Shown one piece after another: positions 11,694 to 23,552 of a DNA stretch of 64,000 nt. The notes below the pieces were generated by a model, which searched no databases, was not told where the DNA came from, and was given only the letters and a program-made list of their open reading frames with translations. The stretch lies in NCBI GenBank assembly GCA_047495785.1, contig JBLDXI010000001.1, positions 1,178,001 to 1,242,000 on the forward strand, read 5' to 3'. This stretch comes from Lepidodermella squamata (Eukaryota > Animalia > Gastrotricha). Each line of letters starts with the position of its first letter. The stretch's first letter is position 1. The position numbers and the translations under genes were made by a program.

Positions 11694-11941
11694 GCGTTTC
11701 ACCGGCGATCTCACCGTTTCAACAGCCATATAATCAACTCGAGCCTAACGTTTGCGGATATCTCACGATAATCTTGTCATCTCACTCGATCAGCTGAGTC
11801 AGTGTTTTATTCAGCCCTGTTTGAGAATGAAAATCGCCGCAAAAATCGAAATTATTTGATGGCTCTAATAATCATTACGCATAATATTATCAGTAAATAT
11901 ATTCAAACCAATTGGTAATTTGATAGCAAAGCGTGAAAAGG

Positions 11942-12977
11942 TTATTCGCAAGGTATGACCAGTTCCGGGGGCACATTCTTCTTGATAAATTCCTCGAAAT
12001 CGGCCAGCAGTTTCGGGTCTTTGAAGTGATTGCGCCAGTCGCCAATCTCGCCCTTGCGAATAAATTCGGCATCTTTGGCGAACATTCCACTTTTTTTCAT
12101 CACGGACCAGTTGTAGCCATCGTTGCTACGCATGCTGGAAAAGCTAGTTTTCTCGCGAATCTTCTCAACCGTCGCGTCGTCCAAGTCTTTGCCGAGGAAA
12201 GCAGCGATCTTACGAATGGACCCGGTGTGATCCTATCGCAGTTGACACAAAAATTAAGGTAGACCTAAATTAGTTTTTGAAATTTCCTTGCCAAACCTTT
12301 TTCATATCTTCATATCGAAGAATTAAAATATTCTTGCCTTCCTTTCTCAGTTTTTCGTAACCCTCGACGTGGGATGGATAGGGTCCAAACGCGAATTTGC
12401 CCTCGATGAATGTTCTCGCGAACTCATCAAAAGTGGGTTTAAACGGGCTGCTAAGATTATTCACAGCTCGTTGATGGTGATAGAAGGAAACGCATGCATC
12501 CTTGGCGTTGCGGTAGATGTAGATAACTTTACCGTTGAAAACGTTCTTCGGCAGCAGGTCAGCTGACAAATGCGAGCTCAAAACTTTCGGACCAGGTTTT
12601 GCTGCAAACCGTTCTATTGCTGCTTGCAAGCCCGGCCGCGGAATCTCAAGGATTACTCGCTCGTCTAGCGGTAGTTCGTTATCGAAATTCCCAGTTGTAA
12701 TCAGATAGACAGTATAGTGCAGCCAATGAGTTCCGCTTTTCGGGAAGCTCAGCACCGTAACGTCATCAGGCTTGATGGGGAAGTTGTAGATTTGAGGCCA
12801 GTAAATGGGCAACAATACGGGTAGCCATTGGCCATGAAACAAGGCGACAGGCATCCCATGTTCAGTGTTGCTAAGCGGTTTGAACGTTTCCGTTAACTTG
12901 GCCAACATTTCCAAGCGGTCCTTTAGTCCCTGACTGCCGCCATCTGATTGGTTATCTGTCCCTGATGGCTCTGACAT
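11942..12977 (-). CDS. Cytosolic sulfotransferase (class A), 2 exons (12977-12297, 12232-11942)
   Basis: Same motifs; 64-nt intron 12233-12296; exon 1 closest to the 5648-6675 copy. Confidence 0.93.
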
Positions 12978-13639
12978 TTCGGCGAAAAAATATTTTATAC
13001 GAAAAACACCCTAAAATCATATTATTTGAATTGGCGATCTTGATTTAGCAGAGGTGGAAACCCGTGGCTTTTTTCACATAAACTGACACATCCTAATACG
13101 AGTTTTTACCGCAAAACCCAAACATAACTGTCGGGTGAAAAAGAGGCTGGTAAGGGCCCGCCTAAAGTCTCATTTTTTCTTCAAGACATTTTCAATGTGT
13201 CGAATTGAAGGCATGGAGGGCAAATGAGCTTGATAAGAACATAAGCGCAACGGCCACCGCAAGCTGCAATAGATAACCCTCGCCCTTACCACACCCTGTA
13301 GTTGCAGCTTGCGGCTGTAAAAATTTGAACGACATTTTACTATATGAAAAAAAACAGTTACAGTTTAGCATTACAAAAGTACAGTAGAACCCATTGCAAA
13401 AGGCAATACGAAAAGCCGTTGTGTAACTGTTAATTTCCCGTCGCGGTGCTCACCTCTTTGTAACGCTTTGTACGCTTTGTACGACCGCGCGACACCCTTA
13501 AAAAGCATTACAAGCCGTTTCTTTCTGCCATTCATTTCTGACTTTATTGAGCAATATAAGGGGCTATTATAAGCAATATTAGCTAAAGACATCAAAGCAA
13601 TCAAAATGCAAAATCAAACTAATTTGAAAGATTTTGGTT

Positions 13640-13725
13640 TATACGACATTATAGCCCAAGACAAAATAGCCCCGACAATGTAACCCCGACATTATAGCTC
13701 CGACGGGCTATCCCGACGACAAAAT
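13640..13725 (+). repeat. Tandem ~15-bp repeats (cgacattatagccc-like), probable one arm of a foldback element
   Basis: cgacattatagccc / agacaaaatagccc / cgacaatgtaaccc / cgacattatagctc units. Confidence 0.6.
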
Positions 13726-13729
13726 ATCC

Positions 13730-14070
13730 AAAACCCGCGCGCAAAGATGCTAAAGGGTTACTTTCAAATATCGCGTCGGTTTTTATACCAAAGAATAATT
13801 CAGACAATTCTCTATCGATTGAATATGGGGTTCTTGCTCGAAAAAATTAAAATAAAAAAGTTTTACGTGCACCTAAAATTTTGCGCGCGAGTTGAGAGCG
13901 CGCGCACTCGCTTCTCAAAAGTTAGGATGTGCGATAAACGTTTTTCCGTTCATTTTTCACGCGAGAAATCCATATTTATTCTATATAGAATTTTCTAAAC
14001 TTTCTTTTGGTATAAAAACCGCCTAGATAATCAAAACTTGCCCTTTGACTTTACCGCACACGGCCTTGAA
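13730..14070. mobile_element. Degenerate ~340-bp palindromic (foldback/MITE) element
   Basis: cggtttttataccaaa (~13777) pairs with tttggtataaaaaccg (~14006); aattctctat/atagaatt and aatatgg/ccatatt also pair; centre near gagcgcgcgcactc (~13900). Confidence 0.6.
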
Positions 14071-14503
14071 TTTCTAAAAATTTCGAACTTTCCACTTTTA
14101 CCCTCAGACTGGACGGAACTAATATGGGCCCGGAATTGAGCCTAAATTTTACCCAGACTTATATAACCAAAAATATTCAATTGAAATCAGTTTTCGAAAA
14201 ACAATATTCGGATTAGAGATCAGCTTTCAAAAACCAGCTCACATCGCGTTTCAATGGCAATCTCACTGCTTCACCAACCCTACCGTAAACACTTATACTT
14301 AAGATTGGTTTGTGAATATCGCACGGTACCCTTCTTCATCGCAGTCATCTCAGTCGAGTCAGTTTTTATTCAACCCTTTATGAAAATGAAAATTGCCGCA
14401 AAAAATCGAATGGCTACATCTTTGATTGCTTTGATCATCATGTACGCATAATCAACAAATATATCCACAACAAAATTTAATTTTATAGAATATCGAGAAA
14501 TAG

Positions 14504-15545
14504 TTATTCGCAAGGTATGACCAGTTCAGCGGGCAAATTTTGCTTGATGAAATCCTCGAAGTTAGCCAGCAGTTTCGGATCTTTGAAATGATTGCGCCAG
14601 TCGCCGATTTCACCCTTGCGAATAAATTCAGCATCTTTGGCGAACATTCCGCTCTTTTTCATCTCAGACCAGTTGTAGCCGTCGTTGTTACGCATGCTGG
14701 AAAAGCTAGTTTTCTCACGAATTTTCTCCACCATATCGTCGTCCAAATCTTTACCGAGAAAGGCGGCAATTTTACGAATAGCTCCAGTGTGATCCTGATT
14801 ACAAACACAAGAAAATGTAAGGTGAACATTTTTTTAAATAATTTTCTCGCCAAACCTTTTTCATATCTTCGTAACGAAGAATCAAAATATTCTTGCCCTC
14901 CTGTTTCAATTTCTCGTAGCCCTCGACGTGGGACGGATATGGTCCAAACATGAATTTGCCCTCGATGAATGTATTCGCAAATTCCTCGAAAGTAAGGTTA
15001 AACGGCCAGCTAGGATTGCCCATCGCCTTTTGATGGTAGTAGAATGAAACGCATGCATCCTTGGCGTTGCGGTAGATGTAGATGACTTTACCGTTGAAAA
15101 TATTCTTCGGCAACAGGTCAGCCGACAGATGCGAACTCAAAATCTTCGGCCCGGGTTTCGCGGCCAATCGCTCAAGAGCCGCTGGTGTGGCCGGCCGCGG
15201 AAGCTCGAGAAGCATCCTATCATCAGCGGACATCAAGTTTTCGAAATTCCCAGTTGTAATCAGATAGACCGTATAGTGCAGCCAATGGGTTCCGCTCTTC
15301 GGGAAGCTTAGCACTGCAACGTCGTCAGGCTTGACGGGGAAGTTGTAGATTTGCGGCCAGTAGATCGGCAGGAAAACTGGCAACCATTGGCCGCGAAACA
15401 GAGCCAAAGGCATTCCATTTTCATTGTTAGCTAGCGGCTTGAACATTGTCCCAAACTCCATCATCATTTTCATCATAGTCGCTGGATCAGGTGGCATTTG
15501 ATCGGCATTTGCCGATGACCTCTCTGTCTCAGATGCAACTGGCAT
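14504..15545 (-). CDS. Cytosolic sulfotransferase (class A), 2 exons (15545-14856, 14794-14504)
   Basis: Same motifs; 61-nt intron 14795-14855. Confidence 0.93.
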
Positions 15546-16440
15546 TTTATTTTAAAAATTCAACCCTTCAAAACAAAATGAAAGTAATTAAAATTTTTAT
15601 AAAATCTGGCAGCGGTTATTATTTAAAATTGCTACAACAAGCATAAAAATTAGATAAAACAGTATAAAAAACACAGCTTTTTCTCGCTCGACAGGGGTTT
15701 ATAAGCTGTTGAAGGTTGAAACTAGGGTCACTTTGCCGATAGATAAAACTTGAAGTCAATAATAGATAAGGTAAAATGTTTATAAATAATGATGACAGAT
15801 TGCTTTAGTGTGGCTGTTCAAAAATGGCGGATTGAAGCATATTGCAGATGATAAGAGCTGTGCGACAGCTTGCGTGTCACCTCAAGCCGCAAGCTGCAAC
15901 AGATAAACCATGCCCACACCGCCGCCTGTGACAAGGCACCACACTTCGGGTTCGGTGGCTTGTGACAACAAAACAAATATCGTCTAACCAAGAAGCCAAA
16001 AAAGTGTATTTGCGGCTCGTTTGCGTCACACCCTTAACTCAAACAACTGTATTTCAGATGGCAATGAATAATACACTTTCGGACAACAATTATCTTGGCT
16101 TGCAAAGGAAAATTCTAAGAAATTGGTATATTCAGGTGAATTTCGACACCATAATAAGATTTCGCCTTTCGTTTCATTGGCTCAAGTTGGCCGGTATCAT
16201 CTCGCCGGCACGACATCGATTGAATTTTAAATAATTTTTCAATTTCGAATAGCGGACTGTAGCTATAAATGGCGTAGTAAGTAGCAGCAACAACTGCACA
16301 GCTCTGTCCTATTTATTTGATAAATAGGAAGTAAGTGCGTTAAATAGAGGGCTAAAAGCAACTCATTTATCCCTCCAAAAATATGTTCAGTATGGCATCA
16401 AATTGTCATTGTTACTGAACGTCCGAGGATGCCAAAGACC

Positions 16441-17404
16441 TTATTCACACGGGGCTACCAGCTCAGCTGGCAAATTATCGGCGATATATTTTTCGAAGTC
16501 AGCCAACAGTTGCGGGTCTTTGAAAGGATTGCGCCAGTCGCCAATTTCCCCATTGCGGATAAACTCGGCGTCCTTCGCCTTCTTTGCATCGAACGAAGTC
16601 AGTTCTCGGATTCTTCCAACAGTAGCGTCGTCCAGTTGTTTTCCAAGGTGAGCTGCGACTTTTCGAATAGAACCAACGTGATCCTATATGAAAGAAATAT
16701 GATTGGTCTGAAATTGCAATAAATGGCAGTACCTTTGTCATGTCTTCATATCGAAGAATCAGAATATCCTTGCCAGACTTTTGCAGCTCGTGATAGGCTT
16801 TCACATGGGTATGATATGGCCCAAACATGAATTTACCTTGAATGAATCGCCTAGCGAACTCGTCGAACGTAAGATCGAACGGCCAGTGAGGGTTATGCAT
16901 GCCTTTCAAGTGGTGATAGAACGAAACCACGACATCTTTCGCATTTCGGTAAATGTAAACCACCTTGCCGTTGAATAGTTCCTTGGGTAATAAACTCGGT
17001 AGCAAATGGGTGTTGAGGATCTTAACCCCAGGCTTGGTTGCGTATTTTTCGAGTGTTGTAGGAGTTATTGGCGACGGTAACTCAAGCACCATGTTCTCAT
17101 CTCTAGGCTGTGAAGTTTCAAAGTTTCCAGTTTGAATCAGATAAACCATGTAGTGCAGCAATTCATTGCCTGATTTCGGGAAGCCAATAACTGAAACATC
17201 TTCAGACTTTATCGGGAAGTTGTAGATTTGTGGCCAGTATAGCGGCAGGAATGCAGGCAACCACTGGCCGCGAAACTGAGCCAGGGGCAGACCATTGCCG
17301 CACTCGTTGTTGCCGAGCAAGTTGAACATGTCAGCAAATTCACTCATGAATTGTATCATGACCTCGTCGGAAACCGCGCTCGAGCCTGAATCTATTAGTA
17401 TCAT
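16441..17404 (-). CDS. Sulfotransferase-like protein with two in-frame deletions and altered PAPS-binding motifs (pseudoenzyme or young pseudogene)
   Basis: Exons 17404-16733 and 16683-16441 (49-nt intron). Exon 2 reads ELTSF-DAKKA-KDAEFIRNGEIGDWRNPF versus ELTSFASMRNNDGYNWSDAKKAGIMAKDAEFIRKGEIGDWRNHF in the 23553 paralog. Confidence 0.8.
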
Positions 17405-17831
17405 AATTAAACAATCGTGGCCTAAAAAGTTCAACAGAGATAATCAATGGTTTTGGTTTTGAATTCCATGATTACTCCGTCGGGTGCTAGAAGGGGCAAG
17501 CCTGGAAAGGACTTGGTATGAAGTGGGCATACCCGAGATTTATATTGCCTCAACTGAAAGCTTGGCTCTGAAATTGTTTGTCGACAACTGGACTGAAAAC
17601 ATCGTCCAAACAGGGTAATAAAGTTCCAAGGAAGCCAGCCATGTGGTAACACCTATAATTTATTGACGCAGGTAACAAGAACTTGTCGTGTTCTGTTTGA
17701 AAGAAGCCGCTGTATTAATCATGGCCTGTTTAATGTAAACTTGTTGATAAACAAATAACAAATGTGTCTCCTTTCACACCCAAGCGATTTGTCTGTGGTT
17801 TCTGGCAACTCTCCGGTGGCAATTAATCATA

Positions 17832-18051
17832 TGCCGTATTGCCTCAAATCGAAACCCGGGCTTATAAATTTTTGGGTGACCCCGAAATGTGTAAAAATGG
17901 GCTACTATTAGAGGGTGGGCTTATACAGTTAGAAATTCTTGAAACCGGGCACGAAATTGTGACTTCACTATTTGAGGCTACTATTTGAGGGTGGACTTAT
18001 ATGTATCATGGAACTGCATTTACCTGGGCTGCTAAATGAGGCGATACGGTA
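17832..18051. mobile_element. Non-autonomous Tc1/mariner-pogo-type MITE (TACCGTA-type ends)
   Basis: Left tgccgtattgcctcaaat...cccggg versus reverse complement of right end taccgtatcgcctcattt...cccagg; internal repeat ctactatt(a/t)gagggtgg(g/a)cttata. Confidence 0.6.
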
Positions 18052-18370
18052 AATAATATTTGTCGCAGAGAAGCGATCACCCGATATGCCCGATCACCAT
18101 TATCATGTGAAAATTGGGATTTGGGGACATTTTGGAGTAGTGATGTCGCTTTCAAGATGTTCAACCAACGTTTCTCATTTTGCCCTCGCAAGCTCAGCCT
18201 TCGTAATACCACCACCATTGGAGTAATAAGTATCGGCAACAAAAGAAAGAGTTGAGGTTATTGTTTATTAAAGAAAAGGTAATAACAATTGTTGGCAGCA
18301 ATCATTCAACAAAGCATTGCAAAAAACAATGAGTTTCCCTAGTTAAGCTTATTATTTCATACGGCATGTC

Positions 18371-19426
18371 TCAATTTGTCTCATAAATCAGGTTTTTAGG
18401 CAGCTTCTCATGAATGAACAGCTCAAAATCTGCAAGCAGTTTAGCGTCTTTAAAATAATTCCGCCAGTCGCCAACGACGCCTTTTCGAACGAAATCGGTA
18501 CCGGACCACCAACCAGCTTTTTTCAACCAAGAATAGTTAGTTGCGTCATTGTTTCGCATAGCCTCGACAGTCGTCTCTTTGTATATTCGCTCTACCATAT
18601 CCTCAGAAAGGGATTTCCCTAGAAATTCAGCAACTTTCCGAATTGCTGCTCGCGTGTCAGCTTTTAGATCTTCGTATCGCAGCACTAGCAACCAGCTCGG
18701 GTTTGTCTTTGCCAGCTCGTCATAGCTAAGTAAAACTTTATCATAAGGTCCGAAAGGAACTAAGAGTTAAATTTGAAAGATTTGAGGGGAAATTCATGTT
18801 TATTTGAAAAAAACCTTCTCCAGTCATGAAATCTCTTGCAAATTCTTCGAACGACTTCGTGAATTCCATTCCGCCTGTTTTTAAGCTTTTCAAATGATGG
18901 AAGAACGAAACAGCAACATCTTTGGCATTCCGATAAACGTATATAACTCGTCCCCTATCGATAGATTTCGGAAGAAAGTTAGCAGGTAGATGTGTTTTTA
19001 GAAGTCTCGGTTTAGGCCTTGCAGCTAGTGAGTCGTAGACTTCGTGCCTTACCGGGCGGGGGTATTCCAGGAACGGTACTCGCAGGTCCATTTCGATTTC
19101 ATGTGAACCAGCGAAATCTTCGGTGATAATCAAGTAGACAATTTGCTGCATCCATGTTGTTCCTTGAAGGCAAGAGTTTGCGACGTGGAAATAACATTGA
19201 AATGATTACTACCTGATTTCGGAAATGTCGATATGACAATGTCTCCTTCTTCGATCGGAAAGTTTCGAATTTGCGGCCAGAAAACTGGAAAAAATGAGAA
19301 CATTTTGAAGCCGCCAAATGTCGACATCGGAGGACCCGACATGCTGGGATCGCTGAGAACGCTAAACAGTTGTATTAGCTGTGGCTTCTCGGCGGGCAGC
19401 TTGCCATTTTTCAACTTAGCCAGCAT
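18371..19426 (-). CDS. Cytosolic sulfotransferase (class B, SULT1-like), 3 exons (19426-19213, 19162-18815, 18759-18371)
   Basis: TFPKSG|TTW, RLLKTHL, RNAKDVAVSF, GE|VPFGPY, RKGVVGDW; phase-1 introns 19163-19212 and 18760-18814. Confidence 0.92.
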
Positions 19427-20074
19427 TATCGTATGATACTTAGAACAGAAAGGTCGATGGCAAGATGTAATGGAAAATGTTCATGACCTAATTTCCCCAT
19501 GGATATCTGCCCATGCCGACTTGATTGCCCTCGTGAAAGCAGGTGTCAGACGGAGTATAAAAGTGTTGAGCTCATAAAGTTCGTTTGCATCTATGAGTAA
19601 GCCGGATTATTACTTGTTTACGCCATTGTTGAGGTGGGAGGTGACAAATAAAAAGTAAGATCTTCACCTGAAAAACGGCTTTTATTACCCTTCTCCTTTC
19701 TTACTACTGAATACAACAAGCTGAAATCCGCGTTCGATTTAAAGGCGCGGACACCCGTTTATAACCCCGCTTGGGCCAATTTAATTTGAATTTTTGAAGA
19801 CTCATAGCCAAGCTTATCTTTCGCATTTTTAATTATGCTAGAAGAAGTCGCAGCTCAAAAAATAAAGACTTATTTATTTATCCAATTTTAAATTTAATCA
19901 CAATTAAAATCACAACATCGCGAATCGCGTAAAATGTCGACTGCTACTGCCAAACGATCCAATGGGGGTTTATACAGTAACATTCACACAGAATAAAATA
20001 TCATTGTGTTCATCTGCTGCTTTGTGGCTATTCACTGATGCTCATCTCATAAAGGAGATGCCTCTTGAATGTCC

Positions 20075-22426
20075 TCAGAACCTGCTCATTTTAACCAGCA
20101 TGACCGTGCAGCAAACAGTAGAATAGATAATTTGACCGATGGCAAGAACGCTTGCTTGAATGCAGGGCATTTTAGAACCTGACACAATCAACACGATCAA
20201 TATCATCCCCGCAAACATTGTCGTCGCATTAACGACGGCGAGTCGCACTCGCTTACTTCCCGGTGCAAATTCGCTGGGAATCGCCAGGTTTCGCATTCCA
20301 TATGCACTACAACATGCTCCTAACAGAAGAATGCCGTTGATGGCTAGAACAGGGGCCACCCAATAAACGGCGGTGGATGAGGCACACACAAGTTGGGTTT
20401 CATCGTAATACTCGTCGAGAACTTCATCGTAAGTGACTGCGGAGACATCAAGTGAAATCGATGGTTCGTCGGCAATTAACCACATCCCAGCCACTACAGT
20501 CGCAACAAGAGTGATGAGTAAAATGCTGGAGATAAGCAAGATTTTCTTCTGCTTGCTATTGTCACTCTTGGTTATCACCATAGAACCTGTAGAAGGCGGC
20601 TTCGGCAAGGCTGTGGCGCTTAACTGTCCTCCGCTATTGGAACTCATTGTAGTATTAGCAATTCGGCTACCCATCGTTGTTTTCTTGGTGCTGTCCATCC
20701 TTTGCGGCAGATTCATGAGTTTGAAAAAGCTTAGGGCTATTGCTGTGATCACACAATTGACAAGAGTGGTACCGACCGTGGGTAGCAAGGGCCTGAAAAG
20801 GCATTCTACGTCTGGGTACAATAAACTACCAGTCGTGAGCAGAACTGCTGATGCTTTCATTAGAAAACTGCCAATTGTCAGCGCAGAGATTTGAAATTTA
20901 TCGAAATAGGTGCCACGAAGCTGTGGTTTTCGAAGAGCCATGATATAAATCGCAACTTCGAATAAGAGGCAACCGATTGAAATTCCCGAAACCGCCCCAA
21001 CGAAAGGGAGATCACACCGCAGAACTCGATGTGAAACTGAAGACAAATCTTTAGGCGGCTTCCCGTAATTTGTCGACCAGATGATATGGCGCAGCACCTC
21101 AGGTTTGTATTCGAAGAAAGAATTGTTCACTTCAGACTTTTCCACCCTGTCCATCTTAGCAATTATTCGTGGCCTGCCGTTGATCATTTGAACAATCCAC
21201 ATTCTTTCATTCAGTACACCATCGCTAGAGTAAGAGTAGCGGCCTGTTCGAAGGCCGGGAAAGTCAACCGTAACCGCAGCTTTGTTAACAACGCTTTGAA
21301 CCAACTCTCTGTTGTTGCGGAAGTCCAGGAGGCTTTTGTTGAAATCAGCCCTCAAGCGACCTTCTGTCGCATTAAGCGTTAAAAGGGTCGCGGTGATCAT
21401 GTCAAAGCAAATGAAGCGGAAGTCGTAGTCGACAGGAATCTGATTGCCCATGACAGCGTTAAACGTAGACTCAAACTCCTCGTACGAGTAAGCAAACTTT
21501 TGCTTCGTGGGCTCCACATCCAAGCGCTGCGAGGCTGTTCCAGCAAAGAAAGTGCTCTTAATTTGAAGCTGCAACCACTCACGTTTGCAGCCAGGGGGAA
21601 TGGGTAGGTCTGGAGCATTCGGGGAGAACAAACAACTGAATCCTGAGAACAGAAAGACGTAGTAAGGCGCTCGAATTCCGCCTCTATAGGCGAGGCAGAG
21701 CAGGTTCAGACACATAGGTATTTGCCCCATAGATATAAAGATGATTCTAGTTCTTGTAGCTAGGATTGATTTTATAGTATCCATTGTGACGTCATATTCA
21801 TTTGAGTAAAGTAGGACATCGATTCCCAGTTTGCCGGAATACACCTGCATGATTTCTCCAGTCATTACTTCGTTGGCGTTGTTTCCATTTGTCAAGATCG
21901 AAATTTCTTTCCACTTTCCCATCGCCTTCACGAGGTACAGCCCCGCAAGAATAGGAACAGATGCCGGGCCCAAGCCAGGGTATAATGTCGTGTACAAATT
22001 TTTTCTCGCGATAATGTACGGCCCGTTGCAACGTTGAGAGAACTGAGTCAATCCGAGATATCTGACCGTAAGAGAAGATACTTGGCAAGCGGTTGTCGGG
22101 CCTAGTATCACAGGCGATGGGTATACCGTTGTATCGCTGCTCTCGACACGGTCGCGATAGAATTTCATCAGCGCGTTGTTAGACAGTATGGCATTAGCGC
22201 CTTCATTGCCGATTTCCATGCGAAGTTGATATCCAGGCAGTATATCGTCGCGAGCGTTGGCGTAGTCCATCATGATGCGAACGGTAGCTTCACACGCTGG
22301 CCAGGTGTTTTGCCCCTTGTTATCCAACGGAAATATAGCTAGAATGGATAGATTCGCATCAATGCCTGCTACAATGGGAGTTGCAATCATCCAGACAGCT
22401 GAGACAAGCTGCATAAAATAAGGCAT
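20075..22426 (-). CDS. Class C GPCR, GABA-B-receptor-like, intronless, 783 aa
   Basis: Signal peptide; NARDDILPGYQL; WSTNYGKPPKDLS linker shared with the 1306 gene; 7 TM; minimal C-tail. Confidence 0.85.
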   Translation of the reverse strand: MPYFMQLVSAVWMIATPIVAGIDANLSILAIFPLDNKGQNTWPACEATVRIMMDYANARDDILPGYQLRMEIGNEGANAILSNNALMKFYRDRVESSDTTVYPSPVILGPTTACQVSSLTVRYLGLTQFSQRCNGPYIIARKNLYTTLYPGLGPASVPILAGLYLVKAMGKWKEISILTNGNNANEVMTGEIMQVYSGKLGIDVLLYSNEYDVTMDTIKSILATRTRIIFISMGQIPMCLNLLCLAYRGGIRAPYYVFLFSGFSCLFSPNAPDLPIPPGCKREWLQLQIKSTFFAGTASQRLDVEPTKQKFAYSYEEFESTFNAVMGNQIPVDYDFRFICFDMITATLLTLNATEGRLRADFNKSLLDFRNNRELVQSVVNKAAVTVDFPGLRTGRYSYSSDGVLNERMWIVQMINGRPRIIAKMDRVEKSEVNNSFFEYKPEVLRHIIWSTNYGKPPKDLSSVSHRVLRCDLPFVGAVSGISIGCLLFEVAIYIMALRKPQLRGTYFDKFQISALTIGSFLMKASAVLLTTGSLLYPDVECLFRPLLPTVGTTLVNCVITAIALSFFKLMNLPQRMDSTKKTTMGSRIANTTMSSNSGGQLSATALPKPPSTGSMVITKSDNSKQKKILLISSILLITLVATVVAGMWLIADEPSISLDVSAVTYDEVLDEYYDETQLVCASSTAVYWVAPVLAINGILLLGACCSAYGMRNLAIPSEFAPGSKRVRLAVVNATTMFAGMILIVLIVSGSKMPCIQASVLAIGQIIYSTVCCTVMLVKMSRF

Positions 22427-23552
22427 TTCTCGAGAGCTTATCTCCGCAGAAGTTGAGTCGTTAGTTACTCGCTCGGAAAGTTTTTGACGCTCTCAGCCTG
22501 ACGGATCTTTCGTAGCGTTCAATCCTGTTCGGAACAGGAAATCCTGCCTCGTGCGAAAGGAGGTGGGTATTCAAGGATATTGTGCTCAGATCAGACCTAG
22601 AATGTTTAATAGTGGACAAAGTTATTCATTTTAGAGGATGCCCTAGTTTTTCAGTACGTAAATCATCACACTATAAGTTTCCCAAAATATATCATCTCTA
22701 TTTCTATATTCTAATCATGAGGAAATAATAATTTCTGTGGCAGGCTTTTACGAAAGTTTTCTAACATTACTTTTGTCTTGTTAATAAATATTAAAAGAGG
22801 CCTAGATTCCTCTAAATTACTCGTGATGAGACATTTAAAGTCTGAACGCAGGAGGCACTTCCTCTTTTTTTATTAGAAATTGCAGCGTGAATCACAGAAT
22901 GAGTGATTAATTGTGCTAGGTAAATGTATCGCCGAATAGGGTCAAGTTCGAGCCAAGTTCATCACAAGTTTTCGTGCAACTCTCTATTTTGCGAAAGCTC
23001 TATAATGCCTTCACTCTAACTGGATTTCTGCCGATAACATCTCGTGAAAGCAAGGGAGCGAGTTTGTCAACTAGTGAAAGCCCTCTGGGCTGCTAAATGC
23101 TGAGCATTTCCTCTCTCTCACTCACGCACTCAGGTTTCAGACTGCAGCGACATATGCGAAATCTCTGTTTGACGTGACATGTTTTGTGTTTATTTTTCAA
23201 TGTAACTCTCAACCTATAAGTTTACTTCAAATCGGAGGAAATATGAGAGCCGGTAAGCCATTCCAGACTATATAAATCTTTATAAAAGAGATCAGGTTGA
23301 TCATATCGGTCATTTGGAGAGCCAAAACTGAACCTGTCAAAAACAGAATAGCTCGGAAAATTAGTTTTGGGTTCTTTTTATTTGCTAAACCGCCAGGTCA
23401 ATTCGATGTTAGATTTTCCTGGATTGTTTCACATAATAGTATCATGAAATAAAATACTGTGAAAATGATAAATTCACAGGGATTTTTCGAATTAGCAGCT
23501 TGTCATCAATTGGTACCAGTTCAAATACTTTTTTGGAATATCTGTGCTCTTC

